Below, piece after piece: positions 14,161 to 29,119 of a stretch of 64,000 nucleotides of DNA. Every line of letters starts with the position of its first letter. Positions within the stretch are counted from its first letter, which is position 1. Under the pieces are notes generated by a model. It did not search any database, was not told the DNA's origin, and saw nothing but the letters and a program-made list of their open reading frames with translations. This DNA is from Eledone cirrhosa (taxonomy: Eukaryota): the NCBI GenBank assembly GCA_964016885.1, contig OZ024761.1, forward strand, positions 27,280,001 to 27,344,000. The letters run 5' to 3'. The translations under genes were made by a program, and so were the position numbers.

Positions 14161-14559
14161 TATATATATATATACATATTCTCATGAACATATATATATA
14201 TATAAATATACATTACCATGAGCACGATTTCGTCTATTATGTACGCACGTATCACAGATTTGTGAGTCTGTGTGTGTATATGTGTATATACGAATGCATA
14301 TAACATGTGTGTTTAATGCAGAAACAGCCAAGCAAATCTTTTAGACGTAAGATGGAGTCGCTTGGTACACCAGTCACATTAGTAATGAAATTAATAATAA
14401 TAGTAAAAATAATACAAATAAAAATAATAATTATACAACTAGCAATAATAAGAATAAGAATAAGGATCATTAATAAATTAGGTTTTGCTGCACCTTTATT
14501 AACTTGCATATTTGTTTAGGCTTGAGGCATTTCGCATGGAGAAGTTTCAGCTTTTAATT

Positions 14560-14635
<76 letters not shown>

Positions 14636-14676
14636 ATACACTCTCACACTCGAAAGACACGAGACATGGACACACT

Positions 14677-14724
<48 letters not shown>

Positions 14725-15155
14725 CACACACACACTCGCACATATAGATACACAGATTTTGCACACAGCTCTCTCATATATATATAACATGTATAGGTCC
14801 ATACACATACACACGCGTATATATGTACGTGTGGATACATATACATACTCAAGAAATGACATCTATATTTGGCTATCCCCTCTAGTAGCAATAGATAATT
14901 CCCTAACAATGGGGGTATTTGTCGGTAATATCATTATAATAGATAGCTACATAGACTCACACTCGCGCGCGCTAACACATGCATACACATTCACATTTAC
15001 ACACGTACACACACACATACACACACACTTACAAGTATATATATTTATTATATTGTTGAGTTTCCTGTCTGTTGCTACTCTTAGTCTTTTGCTACACACG
15101 GGTTCCAAATGGATTTATAAATATTCACTCGAGCATATTTTTCTCGTGTCTACAA

Positions 15156-15189
<34 letters not shown>

Positions 15190-15230
15190 GTAGTGCGTGA
15201 GTGTGTGTTCGTTATTATGGCTTGTGATGA

Positions 15231-15290
15231 GTCTTATCTGATGAACCTGTGAGTTCTCAGGTGAAACCCCAGAATAACACGATTTGTCCT
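15231..15290 (+). ncRNA. Degenerate hammerhead ribozyme motif
   Basis: CTGATGA-ACCTG(TGAGTTCT)CAGGT-GAAAC. Stem II is clear; stems I and III are eroded. Confidence 0.5.
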
Positions 15291-16489
15291 TTAGCCATCG
15301 TAAAGAATATTATTGTGGTTATCAGCTGTCGAAATGAGCAGACAGAGTTTCGACCACTACCGAATGTCTAACGATATAGTTAAATACAACACAGCCCTGG
15401 AGTTTTTTTCTTCAAGACAAAAACGCAGAATCTACGTTAAATTAGATGTCAAGACCAAAATACGTATATAATTAAATGTTCAACATCTAAGTTGAATAAT
15501 GTGTGACGAAAATGGTCAGCTAGACCTAAATAGACTAAAAGAAATACAAAGTAAGTGACGCGCAGATAGGAAAAGGTGTGGTGGTAGTAATAGCCACATT
15601 TGGACTTAGTATACGTATACGTGTGCTTGCTTGTCGTTTTAAATTGGTTTTTACTGCAAGAGAAAAAGGGTAGAATTTTCATTTCGGGCGATGGTTATAA
15701 CTGTTTAAATTGTTACACCCGAACAAATTTGATTTCATGAAGGAGGTTTCTAAATAAAAGTAGTATTGTTAATACGAAGCATTGCCAGCACGTGGGACCC
15801 CATTTGCTCATAATGCAGAGAGATGGTGAGGGCGAGAGAGATGGAGGCGATGGCAGTGGGAGTTCGGTTCTTCCGTGTTCGGACACATTTGTCTGACTGT
15901 AGGATTTATATCGAAGTAGAGTTTAAATATTGATTCAGATATAAATCGATGTGAGAGTCGCAGACATCCTTGGAGATATATTATACATGAATAAGTTTTA
16001 AAAAGCCAGTACAATGCATTAGAAATATATAAAGAGCAAAAGATGACAAATTATACAAAACAAAGTAATATTTTTCCTCAGAATATTTCAACATAATATT
16101 TCAGGGCTAATATCCTGTTTTCAAATGTGAAACGAAAACGGCTCAAAACAAAATTGAACGATTGATGTGTTCTTCCATAACTGATTGTTAGCTATATCTA
16201 CATTAAATTTACCTTTTAAAGATCTTCAAGTATATGGGGAGATCTAGGATAAATATTAATTATTTAATGAAGCACAACGTCTAAGGTTTACCTGGGAATA
16301 GATGAAAATGTTTGCACTTCAAACTTTTGATAACGAAAGGTTTTAATTTAAAAACAGTTAGTGATATATCTACATTAATTCATTTTTAGAAATATTTTCA
16401 AATATAAATGTGTATTTACATACATACACATACACATATAGAGATAAACATATATACACACACAAATATATATATATATATATATATAT

Positions 16490-16687
16490 AGTAATAATAA
16501 TAAATTTGAAGACTAAAATCCAAAGAGGGCTCAATAAGGATAAATATATATCAAATATATAAGAACCGTAGAGCAAATATTTATTAAAATAACAGATTAA
16601 AGTTTAAGCAAAGAATCGCTGCTTTCACCCTTAACGGTTAAGGGAGAAAGCAGCGATTCTTTGCTTAAACTTTAATCTGTTATTTTA

Positions 16688-16695
<8 letters not shown>
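16490..16695. mobile_element. Penelope-like fold-back insert, family B (arms ~16577-16634 / 16638-16695)
   Basis: Same sequence as 58810-58950. The palindrome centre falls in stem II of the family-B hammerhead. Confidence 0.8.
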
Positions 16696-16748
<53 letters not shown>

Positions 16749-16782
16749 TTGGTGCTCTGAAATAGCGATACATATATGAATG

Positions 16783-17333
16783 TATATATAGTGTATTTTG
16801 CAATACACTCTATGCTTAATTAAAAGCATGTTTTAGAGTAGTGACAGTCTTACTTACTTCAATTTTCAGCAAACAGGGGAGATAAAGCTGACAGAGCTCT
16901 GTTTCGTACTTTTTGGTACTTATCAAAGCTAACTACTCCGCCTGTTTGCTGAAAATTATGAATGTTGGATTTTTATAGAATTCCAGTAATAATCAGGAAC
17001 TGATTATACAGAGCGGTTGCCGGTAAAGCAAAAATTGAAAGCAAAAAATTCAGAGTACCAATTCTAATTTTCAATTTTTGCTTGACCGGCAACCGCTCAT
17101 GATTATTACTGGAATTCTATAAGAATCCAACATTCATAATTTTCAGCAAACAGGCGGAGTAGTTAGCTTTGATAAGTACCAATCAGTAGGAAACATAGCT
17201 CTGTCAGCTTTCTCTCCTCTGTTTGCTGAAAATTGAAGTAAGTGAGACTGTCACTACTCTAAAACAATAGCGTAAGGTCTTCGAAATGCTTTTAATTAAG
17301 CATAGAGTGTATTGCAAAATACACTCTATATAC
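16783..17333. mobile_element. ~550-bp inverted-repeat element with two U3-A8 hammerhead motifs (16861-16957 minus, 17138-17234 plus)
   Basis: ~260-bp imperfect inverted arms. Minus copy: AGCT-TTGATAA-GTAC..GTAC-GAAACAGAGCTCTGTC-AGCT inside a 16-bp distal stem AATTTTCAGCAAACAG/CTGTTTGCTGAAAATT. Confidence 0.82.
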
Positions 17334-17370
17334 ACTCACACACACACACACACACACACACCCACACACC

Positions 17371-17430
<60 letters not shown>

Positions 17431-17499
17431 CATATATATATTTATTCATATTATGTACAGATAGCCTATTACTATGTTTACTTCAGGGCCAACAAAAGA

Positions 17500-17564
<65 letters not shown>

Positions 17565-18030
17565 TATTATATTATATTTAGAGTTATAAACTCAAACAGT
17601 CCCTTACAATTAATTAGCTCAAAGAAAGAAGCACTTCTGAGCCGCGAAATACAAGTCAACATAAATCAATATATGATAAACACATTAGTGTTTGTATTGT
17701 AAAAGACGAAGTTAGCTACAATGAAATAAACTAATTCAAATAAATATATATAGTTTGCCTGTCTCGACCCAAAACAACAAATCAATAAAAACAAACCCAT
17801 ATTGGCAAATAGCCGTGATATCTGGACAAATTTAAATTTTAAAATCCAAACCTGTTCCGCAGACAAATTTGAATTTCAAAACCCAAACAAGTTTCGCAAC
17901 GATAGTATAAAAAGTGAAATATTCCAATTTTCTGTGCTTCTCAACAGGTATCCAGAAAAATTAGGATGCTTCACCTCGAAATAATTTAGGAGGTCTGGTT
18001 CACTAGCGCAAACGCACGAGGTTTTGCACG

Positions 18031-18078
<48 letters not shown>

Positions 18079-18489
18079 TACAGTCTGGAGATAAAATATG
18101 TAGCAAGAAGGGCGGTGCCCCAGCATGGCCTCAGCCGGATGGCTGAGACAGGTAAAAGAGTAAAAGAGAATATATATATATATATATGAATATATACATA
18201 TATAGTCGTTGGTAAATTATACTAAAAACTAAGGTATAGTTGAGTACTTTTGTACTAGGAAAACCATAAATCATACATACCCAAAAATACTGATTCGTAT
18301 GCACAAACACACACACAGGTATATATATATACACACACACGCATATACATAAATCTATACACATACATACATATATATATATGTATATATATGTATATAT
18401 ATGTATATATATATATTTATATGTATATATGTATATATATATATATGTATATATATATATGTATATGTATATATGTATATGTATATATG

Positions 18490-18537
<48 letters not shown>

Positions 18538-18829
18538 TATATACATATATATGTATGTATATGTATATATGTGTATATATGTATATATATATGTATATAT
18601 GTATGTATATATGTATATATATATATATATATATAACACACAGAGACATACGTATACACACATACATATATACACGCAGGCATAGATAAGTAGACACATT
18701 TATATATATAAATCCTATAAAATATTCACATTATACATGAAAGAAAAAAACGTAGAGCTTCTAATACTTATTGCCGCAATTAATGTTTGTTAAATTTAAG
18801 TCTGTCTCTCCTCCTTCTCCCTATCTCTG

Positions 18830-18884
<55 letters not shown>

Positions 18885-18990
18885 GTGTGTGTGTGTGTGT
18901 GTGAGCGGCGTGTGTGTGTATGTTATATATACACACGCACACATACATATTTATATTTATGTACATATGAATATATATGTGCATACATGC

Positions 18991-19153
<163 letters not shown>

Positions 19154-19184
19154 ATATATATGTATATATATATATATATATATG

Positions 19185-19216
<32 letters not shown>

Positions 19217-19361
19217 TGTATCTATATTTAATACACATATGTATGTTTATATATAATACACATATTTGTGTATATATATGTTTATATATATAATACACAT
19301 ATGTATGTTTTTATATGATTTAAGCGTCTACAGTCGTATGAATAACTATGTATATATATTT

Positions 19362-19400
<39 letters not shown>

Positions 19401-19434
19401 AAATATATACATATGTATATAAACATATATATAT

Positions 19435-19479
<45 letters not shown>

Positions 19480-20411
19480 GACATCTGTCTGACTAGATAA
19501 CGCTCCAATTCTTTTAATAAACTTTGTTCTTGTCTTTAGGTTCTAACGTAAAACATTTTAAAGTATTCTACTCTTTCTAGACGACTTAATACATTGTGGT
19601 CACTCTACCACCTTCTGCTATTACACAGACACACACACACATACTCACACATGCACGCACATACACGCACATTAACACTGAGCTACAGAAACACATGCCT
19701 ATAAAGATATGTGTAAACACCAATACAACCTACACACATATACGTCCAAACGTATGCTATGGATGAATACAAACATTCATTAATTTACCTTAATTTGCCT
19801 TTCATCCTTCCGGGGGTCGATAAAATAGAGTACCAGTAATGTACTGGTTATTTGCTGGCCTTGTGCCAATATATATATATATATATGTATAATGCACAAA
19901 ATTGCATTGCCCAAGGGGTGGTTGGTGAGGAAGAAGTTGCTACTTTTGTTGGCTCGTCCCATGGGTTTCATTTATTCGTGTGTCTGTTTGCTTTATATAT
20001 ATATATGTAAATATATATGCATATATATATACATATATGTTATCGTCTGATGGCCGTGTGATAAATAGGCGAAACTCGAGGTTCCCACTCTTTTAGCCTA
20101 TATATATATATATATATATATACATTGTTGTATAGACAAACTGAATTAAAATCAACTGTTGGTGTTTATAAGTTGAATACACACACACACACACACGTAT
20201 ATATTTATATATATATATGTATACATACTACACATGAACCCACATATGCATGAATTCTAATCTCTGGTCGCACATATATGTATAGGTATAAAATATACTG
20301 CGAGTACACATACGTCCGTATAAATATTGTTATACATATACATGTTGACGTATACACATGAATAAAACTGTTGATATAGACACACTTTTGCATATACAGA
20401 CTTACACACGC

Positions 20412-20446
<35 letters not shown>

Positions 20447-20454
20447 TATATAGT

Positions 20455-20880
20455 TTTAATATAGATGAGATTCTACAGGACTAGAACTGTTTCATTCATT
20501 TGAAATCATCAGGAATCTGGGTATCAAAAAATAAATATGGTATTTATAGGTCTCTACAAGTGGTAGGAGAGGGTGGGGAGTGGGATGGGTGCAGGTCATT
20601 GGTTGATAGAAAAGGGAATTCAATAAAAGCTAATTCTACAAAGCTATAGTTTATTTTTATTTTTATTTTTATTTATTTATGTTTTTAGAGTAACAAGGGC
20701 AGACAGAATTCTATAAACAGGTTCCGGATGGCCTACCATTCCTTGTCAATAAGTGTCTCTTAAGCTAACAGATGTCTATAAAATCAGTGGGGGGTCAGTC
20801 ATAGTCGATAGAATTAAAGAAAAGGGAGATTCTTTAAAAGCTAAAGTCATTAAGGTTCTACTAAGTGACAAAGGTCTAGA
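20455..20880 (-). mobile_element. Penelope-like 3' fragment, family A, with hammerhead at ~20469-20517
   Basis: Minus: GATTC-CTGATGA-TTTCAAATGAAT-GAAACAGTTCTAGTCCTGTA-GAATC; abuts (TA)n. The upper boundary is approximate. Confidence 0.8.
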
Positions 20881-20894
20881 GAATTCTGCAGAAT

Positions 20895-21080
20895 GTGGCT
20901 GAGTGGTTAGGAAATTGGTTTCGCAATCGTAAGGTTGGAGTTCGATTCCTGGACCAGGCGATGCGTTATGTCCTTGAGCAAGACACTTTATTTCACGTTG
21001 CTCCTTCTACCTGGAGTTGCGACCGATAGATAGTATTAGCAATTGGAAAGACCAACGGAAACATTATTCCCTCGGTCCGA
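20895..21080 (+). mobile_element. tRNA-derived SINE with CORE-like segment
   Basis: GTGGCTGAGTGGTTAG A-box, GTTCGATTCC B-box, GTCCTTGAGCAAGACACTT core. Confidence 0.8.
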
Positions 21081-21144
21081 TTAGACGAAAGTCGATCGTT
21101 CCTGTATATATATATATTTATATGTATACACACACACCACACAC

Positions 21145-21392
21145 ATATATGCAGTCCCACATGTATTTATATACGTATATGTGTATTTTAACATATTTTG
21201 TATGTGTGTGTATGTATGTATATATATATCATATATATATATGTATGTAGTCCCACATGTATTTATATACGTATATGTATATTTTAACATATTTTGTGTG
21301 TGTGTGTATGTATGTATATATATATCATATATATATATGTATGTAGTCCCACATGTATTTATATACGTATATGTATATTTTAACATATTTTT
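21145..21392. repeat. 96-bp tandem repeat (~2.6 copies)
   Basis: AGTCCCACATGTATTTATATACG recurs at 21153, 21249 and 21345. Confidence 0.85.
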
Positions 21393-21763
21393 GCCAATCT
21401 TAAATATACAGCTGAATGCATTAGAAACACGTTCATATAGAGATACACGTGCATACGTTCACACAATCATCCACACACACATGTACACACACACACACAC
21501 ACACACGAACCAACGCATACACACACACACTTGTCTAGATTAAACGCATTCATATACACATATGCTGGTATTTAAATGCATACACTGTGTACACATACTT
21601 GCACATTACATATGTATATGTTCATACATACATACATACACACACACATATATATATATATTTATATATATATATATATTGATATATATATATATATTTA
21701 TATATATATATATTCATATATATATATTCATATATATATATTCATATATATATATTATAGATA

Positions 21764-21857
<94 letters not shown>

Positions 21858-22100
21858 CATACATATATACATTTATACATTTATATATCTATATTATATA
21901 TGAATATGTATTATATATGAATATATATATACATATGTATATATATATATATATATATATAGATATGCGCACACACACATATATACATTTATATATCTAT
22001 AATATATATATATGAATGTATATATATATATAATTATATATAGATATATATATATACATATATATACACATTTATATATCTATAATATATATTTATATAT

Positions 22101-22133
<33 letters not shown>

Positions 22134-22265
22134 ATTATATATTATTATATATATATATATAATTATATGTAAATATATATATATATATACACACATTTAT
22201 ATATCTATAATATATATATATTTACATACACACACACATATATATATCTATATACACACACACAT

Positions 22266-22327
<62 letters not shown>

Positions 22328-22364
22328 AAATATAATTATATATGTATATATATAATTATATATG

Positions 22365-22420
<56 letters not shown>

Positions 22421-22619
22421 TGCAGTAAGGAATTATCTCTAGGAAATAGTACCTTCAGCCGTTCACAATCACCGAATCTCTCTCCAGAGACATCCTAGGT
22501 TTCAGACAAAATTATTTCGACCAGGAATCAAAGAAAGTTTCTTTTTAATAATTCAGCACCGAGAACATCTAAATCTCACAAAAATGGCGGTATCTTTACA
22601 AAGTTATGCAGTTAGCTAA

Positions 22620-23072
22620 CTCTACTTCTCTCACACTTTCTTCTTTCCTTTCCTCTCCTCTCTTCTCCTCTCTCTTTCTTCTCTCCTCTTCCTCTTCACT
22701 TTTCTCATCCAAATATCTTCCCTTGTCTCTTCTCCATCCTCTCTTCTCTCTCCTCACTTCTCTTACTCTCCTCTCTTCTCTCTCTTCACTTTTATCGTCT
22801 CTTTCTTCTTCTCTCTACTTTATTTTCTCATCCAACTATCTTCCATCCTCTCTTCTCTCTTCTCTCCCCTCTTCTCACACTCTCCTCTCTTTTCTCTCAC
22901 TCCCTTTTATCGTCGTTTTCCTCTTCTCTCTAATATCTTTTCTCATCCAACTATCTTCCACCCTCTCTTCTTTCTTCTCTCTCCTCTTCTCTTGCTCTTT
23001 TCTCTTCTATCTCCTCTCTTTTATCGTCTCTTTCCTCTTCTCTCTAATATCTTTTCTCATCCAACTATCCTT
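22620..23072. repeat. Polypyrimidine (CT-rich) low-complexity tract
   Basis: Direct reading, with internal repeats of TTTCTCATCCAACTATC. Confidence 0.9.
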
Positions 23073-23782
23073 ATGAGGTTAAGGTATTAAATAGTTGAAT
23101 AAGTTACTTTCAGTATTCACAAACCAATCTGGCAATGCTGTTGCCTGCTTCATGTAATTCACAATTTGGTTCTACATGCATCATTTGATGTTGTTTAGCT
23201 TGGGGTCAGTCCCGTTCCAGCAGACCTATGATCAAAGATTTTCCAGCTGTGACCATCCAGTATTTTTCTCTCTCTTTTTTTTTTGTTTTCATTTTGCTTT
23301 AAACATATTAAACATATTGTATTTATAAGACTACATTATTCAAGATGTCCGCACTTTCTTAAGGCGAATGGCTATGATTAGATGGAATTTGGCAATAAAA
23401 AAACCCATAGGTTCCTTTGTTAAGTGGCTATAGGTATATTGGTCTTGAATACAATAGAAATAGCTGCTAAATCTCCCTCAAATCATTTCTTAGCGTATTA
23501 AAAAAGAATTCTCAAAGCATTATGACTGAAAATCACTTAGATTGACGATGATTGGTATATTTTGGAACCGAGACGGAACGAAAACAAAATATATGTCTTT
23601 TAGACGTGGGGTGTATATATCTACAATATATTTATCCAACGTTTCCTTCCTTTTTTAAGGCTGTAATTTGACGGAGCTTTGGTTGCTATTTTTATCACGA
23701 CAAGCGACCAGTAGAGACTCCTTCTTGACCATTAGTAGAAGTTGTAGTAGTAGTGATTATATTAGTAATAGTATTTCTTTTA

Positions 23783-23848
<66 letters not shown>

Positions 23849-24051
23849 CAGCAACAGCAGTAGTATATCAAACCTTTATAAACAGTGATTTCAAAACACG
23901 GTTCATTATATAGAAGAAAAATGTCTAATAAAATAAAAATAAAAAAAGTTTATCTCGGACAGCAAATACACGAGTAAATAAATGGATAAAAATTTAGTAT
24001 AAAAAAATGGAAACATTATTATTTCGTGATGAGCAGATTGTGTTAGGTTTA

Positions 24052-24326
24052 TAGATGAGCTGTGGATTGGATATCTAGATGAGCTGTGGGTTGGATATCT
24101 AGATGAGCTGTGGGTTGGATATATAGATGAGCTGTGGGTTGGATATATAGATGAGCTGTGGGTTGGATATCTAGATGAGATGTGGGTTGGATATCTAGAT
24201 GAGCTGTGGGTTGGATATCTAGATGAGCTGTGGATTGGTTATATAGATGAGCTGTGGGTTGGATATATAGATGAGCTGTGTGTTGGATATCTAGATGAGC
24301 TGTGAGTTGGATATATAGTAGAGCTG
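24052..24326. repeat. 24-bp minisatellite (AGATGAGCTGTGGGTTGGATATMT)n, ~11 copies
   Basis: Direct reading. Confidence 0.95.
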
Positions 24327-25107
24327 TACTACGAAGATGTAAACAAACTTCTTGTGCTCGATTTTGAAACTTTCTAATGGAAACAAAATCTTAAAAGAAG
24401 ACTAGAAAAAGGCAATAAAGACATTGGAAAGATGGAAAAATTAACTGGAGCAGAAGAAATACCACCAGAAGCATTAAAAATGATTAGATAATCACCAGCT
24501 ATATCTAATAACAGCGTTGTGTAGCGTAGTCTCCAGTATATGAGTATATAGTGAGCAACAGAGATGAAACGATCGATCTTTGTTCTATTATCAACGAAAC
24601 CTAAAGCTCTAGCCCACATAAAGTTTAGAACTATAAGCTTAATGAGTCATGTCACTAAACTATTACTAAAAATCCTCCAACAAAGAATTTTTATTAGGAG
24701 AATAAATGAAGAAATAAGTCAACCATGAAGTAGTTGTAGACCCGGAGTGGCAACTCGTAAAGGAATATTTAATCTAAGAGCCGCATGTGAATGAACTCTG
24801 GGCATAAATCAACATGTTTACGAATACTTTATAGATTATACGAAGCCATTTGACTGAATAAACCAAGCAAAGATGATTGCCTATCTATCAACATTCGGGA
24901 GGAAAATCAGCAAAAATGAAATAGCAGCAAAAAGCAAACAGCAGTGATAATAATTGAAAGGAGAACGACCCCGGGATTATAAAATTAAGAAAGGAGTCCG
25001 GTGAGACTGTGTTCTGTTCTCTAGCCTGTTTAACCTAAGACACCGAGAGAGACCTTCAGAGATGTAGAAAACATGAGAGGAATGTATATGAAACATCATA
25101 CATACCA

Positions 25108-25162
<55 letters not shown>

Positions 25163-25325
25163 CATAAACAAACATTAATAATAAATAATACAGGTGCAGT
25201 CGTAGCTGTGTGGCTGTGTGGCTAAGTAGGTTGCTCTATACTTACTCTACATCGGGTTGCTGTTCCTCTGCGTGGCACCGTCGGCGTGTGTGTAAAAAGC
25301 ATTTTTATTATATGCGTATATATGC

Positions 25326-25840
25326 ATATTCATTAGTTAAGCAAAACAAGACCACAAATTTCACAAGGAAGACATTATTAAAAGATTGTCAACATATTTT
25401 AGTTTGATGTAAGGAATGTAGAGAATAATAATAATAATAATATTAATAATAATAATTGTTTCTACTTTAGGCACAAGGCCAGCAATTACCCAGTGCATTA
25501 CTGGTACTTTATTTTATCGGCCCCATAAGGATGAAAGGCAAAGTCAACCTCGGCGGGATAATAATAATAATGTCCGTTTACAATTGTTTCGCTACTCCAT
25601 ATAATATTTCTGGATCAGATGACTATATATCATTATTGATCTGGTTCAGTTGAAAATAATTAACATATTTAAAAACGGAGCGAAATTTGTGGTCTTGTTT
25701 TGCTTAACTAATGAATATTTCCAGCTCTGCGCGCCTAACTTCTGCATGAACCCAGCCACCTAGCTGCTTTCTACTGCATATTGCACATTGAGCACATGCC
25801 TATCTCCATCTCTCTCTTTAAGATTGGTTACTCTTGAAAT
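25326..25840. mobile_element. TA-flanked repeat, family E (second copy at 60140-60442), carrying a nested SINE at ~25456-25560
   Basis: TTCATTAGTTAAGCAAAACAAGACCACAAATTTC start, inverted at ~25682-25716. Half hammerhead GAAACAATTGTA on the minus strand. Confidence 0.75.
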
Positions 25841-25888
25841 GTGTGTGTATATATATATATATATATATAGATGCGTCTAAGATTTAAC

Positions 25889-25926
<38 letters not shown>

Positions 25927-25949
25927 GATGCGTATATATATATAGATGC

Positions 25950-25985
<36 letters not shown>

Positions 25986-25987
<2 letters not shown>

Positions 25988-26299
25988 GTAGGTCCCGGGT
26001 TGAGTCGGGGATAACCACAGTAAGTAAGGTACTCAATACATGGCAGAGTAAAATATATTTATTGTATAGAAGGAGCTTCTACAGGACTAGTACTGTTTCA
26101 TTCAGATGAAATCTTCAGGAAGCTGGGTGTCATATTAAGTTCTGGTATTTATACATTTAGGTAGTGGTAAGGGACTTACCACTACCTAAGTCCCTTACCA
26201 CTACCTAAATGTATAAATACCAGAACTTAATATGACACCCAGCTTCCTGAAAATTTCATCTGAATGAAACAGTACTAGTCCTGTAGAAGCTCCTTCTAT

Positions 26300-26305
<6 letters not shown>
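25986..26305. mobile_element. Penelope-like fold-back insert, family A', two hammerheads (26074-26124 minus intact; 26241-26291 plus with G8A)
   Basis: AGCTTC-CTGAAGA-TTTCATCTGAAT-GAAACAGTACTAGTCCTGTA-GAAGCT; ~120-bp inverted arms plus tail. Confidence 0.87.
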
Positions 26306-26371
<66 letters not shown>

Positions 26372-26698
26372 TATATGTGCGCGTATTAGACGTACAGACA
26401 GACGAACAGAGAAACAAACAGATGCTGCTTTATTAACTTTCAGCAGGAATGTATCTACCAAAACCTTGTAGTTACAGTGAAGGACAAAGAAATATCCTGT
26501 GAAATGGAAACGAATGTAAAGAAAACAAAAGCAACTGTAATCAACAAGAAACAACAGTCACCCAAAATAGATATTAAAATGGAGGAAAGCTAATTGAACA
26601 GACATCAAAGATAATATGGTGAGGATATATCTTGTCAGAAAATGGGAAATACGAAAAAGAAACCAAAAGAAGGATTGAGATAGTTTGCAAGTCGTTGG

Positions 26699-26797
<99 letters not shown>

Positions 26798-26826
26798 TTT
26801 TATATTTACATATATCTGTATATATA

Positions 26827-26878
<52 letters not shown>

Positions 26879-26941
26879 TATATAAATATATCTACTCATA
26901 TATATATATATATATATATTTATGTATATATTTATGTATAT

Positions 26942-26978
<37 letters not shown>

Positions 26979-27030
26979 TATGTATATATATATATATAAA
27001 TATATATATATATATTTATGTATATATTTA

Positions 27031-27062
<32 letters not shown>

Positions 27063-27072
27063 AATATATATA

Positions 27073-27145
<73 letters not shown>

Positions 27146-27168
27146 TTATGAATATATTTATGTATATA

Positions 27169-27202
<34 letters not shown>

Positions 27203-27210
27203 AATATATA

Positions 27211-27252
<42 letters not shown>

Positions 27253-27522
27253 ATGTACTAACACGAAGAAACATTAATATGGAAACCAGCAACAGGTTAT
27301 TAAAATGTTATGTATGGTCTACTTTACTGCATGGAGGGTGAAACATGGGACATTAACAAAAGTATTATGAAATATATTACAAGCCTATGAGATGAAGACA
27401 TATATAGAAGACGTTTGAGGATGTCATGGACAACAACATAAAAGCAATGATGCAGCAACAACAACAACAATGACAGCAAAAAAAAAAAAAAAATCACAAA
27501 AAAGAATATATATATATATATA

Positions 27523-27675
<153 letters not shown>

Positions 27676-27892
27676 CGGAAACTAAGAAAACTATGACGAA
27701 AACTAAGACGCCGCCATCAAAGTGGGAGAAAGAGAGAGATAGAGAGAGTGTGTGTGAGACAGGGAGAGAGTGTGTGTGTGAGCGAGAGAGAGAGAGTGTG
27801 TGTGAGAGAGAGAGAGAGAGTGTGTGTGTGTAGGTGTGTGAGAGTGTGTTAGAGAGAGAGTGTGAGAGAGTGTGTGAGAGAGAGAGAGAGAG

Positions 27893-27958
<66 letters not shown>

Positions 27959-28214
27959 TGAGAGAGATAGAGATAGAGAGAGAGGAAACAAACATATTTT
28001 AGACATTTAATGAGGAAAACTAGAGCAGAGAGATTATTAATAAAAAGCTAAATGGATGAGAAGAGAAAAGGAAAAGCGAGAATTACATGGTTTGATGATA
28101 TCAAGAATTGGATAAACTTCAAATAGAGTGAATAGATATATTAGAACACTAGAAAGACTTAGGTGGAGATTGATGATATTGGACCAACTGAATGTACTCA
28201 ATACCGGGTGTTGG

Positions 28215-28475
28215 TCATGGTAATGATGATGAAAGCGATGGTCATAACGATGTTGGTAACTTTGATGATAACGATGATGATAATAATTATGATAATGATG
28301 GTGATAACGATGGTGATAACGATGGTGATAACGATGGTGATAACGATGATGACAACAATGAGGACAACGATAATGACAACAATGAGGACAACGATAATGA
28401 CAACGATGATGATAACGATGATGGTATTGATAATGCTAATGATGATGACAAAGGTGATAACGATTATGCTATGAT
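28215..28475. repeat. GAT/GAC/AAC trinucleotide low-complexity tract
   Basis: Direct reading. Confidence 0.9.
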
Positions 28476-28627
28476 ATAAATTCATGTTTCATTTTCAATA
28501 ATCGTCTGAATACAGACAACGTGAAAGTCAAAGTATAAATCTGGGATCCTTACTTAAAGCTATTTCCTAAAGAATCTGTTCTTCTTTCCTTTAGTCAAGT
28601 AACTCTTAAGGGAGTCCTAGGGAGTCT

Positions 28628-29045
28628 ACCGTGTTGACCTAAGGTGTTTCTTGGACATTTTAAAACCAGACAAAGCCCAGCTCCACTCTAGGTCTGAATG
28701 CAGTTGCAGGGTCACCGTGTTGACATACGGGGTTTCTTGGGAATTTTAAAACCTGACAAAGTCCAGCTCCACTCTAGGTCTGAATGCAGTCGCAGGGTCA
28801 CCGTGTTGACCTACGGGGTTTCTTGGGCATTTTAAAACCTGACAAAGCCCAGCTCCTCTCTAGGTCTGAATGCAGTCGCAGGGTCACCGTGTTGACCTAC
28901 GGGGTTTCTTGGGCATTTTAAAACCTGACAAAGCCCAGCTCCTCTCTAGGTCTGAATGCAGTCGCAAGGTCACCGTGTTGACCTACGGGGTTTCTTGGGC
29001 ATTTTAAAACCTGACAAAGCCCAGCTCCTCTCTAGGTCTGAATAC
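28628..29045. repeat. 86-bp minisatellite, ~4.9 copies
   Basis: ACCGTGTTGAC unit starts at 28628, 28714, 28800, 28886 and 28972. Confidence 0.95.
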
Positions 29046-29119
29046 AGCAGATTTCTACGTGAGAAAGATAGAGAGAGACAGCGAGAGACTGGAAACGAGA
29101 AAAAGATATAGAGGAAGAA

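Noticed and set aside
20040-20090. CTGATGG..GGCGAAACTCGAG hammerhead-like remnant
   Set aside because: Core and stem I too degraded to call.
28628-29045. CRISPR-like regular array
   Set aside because: Head-to-tail 86-bp units without spacers.
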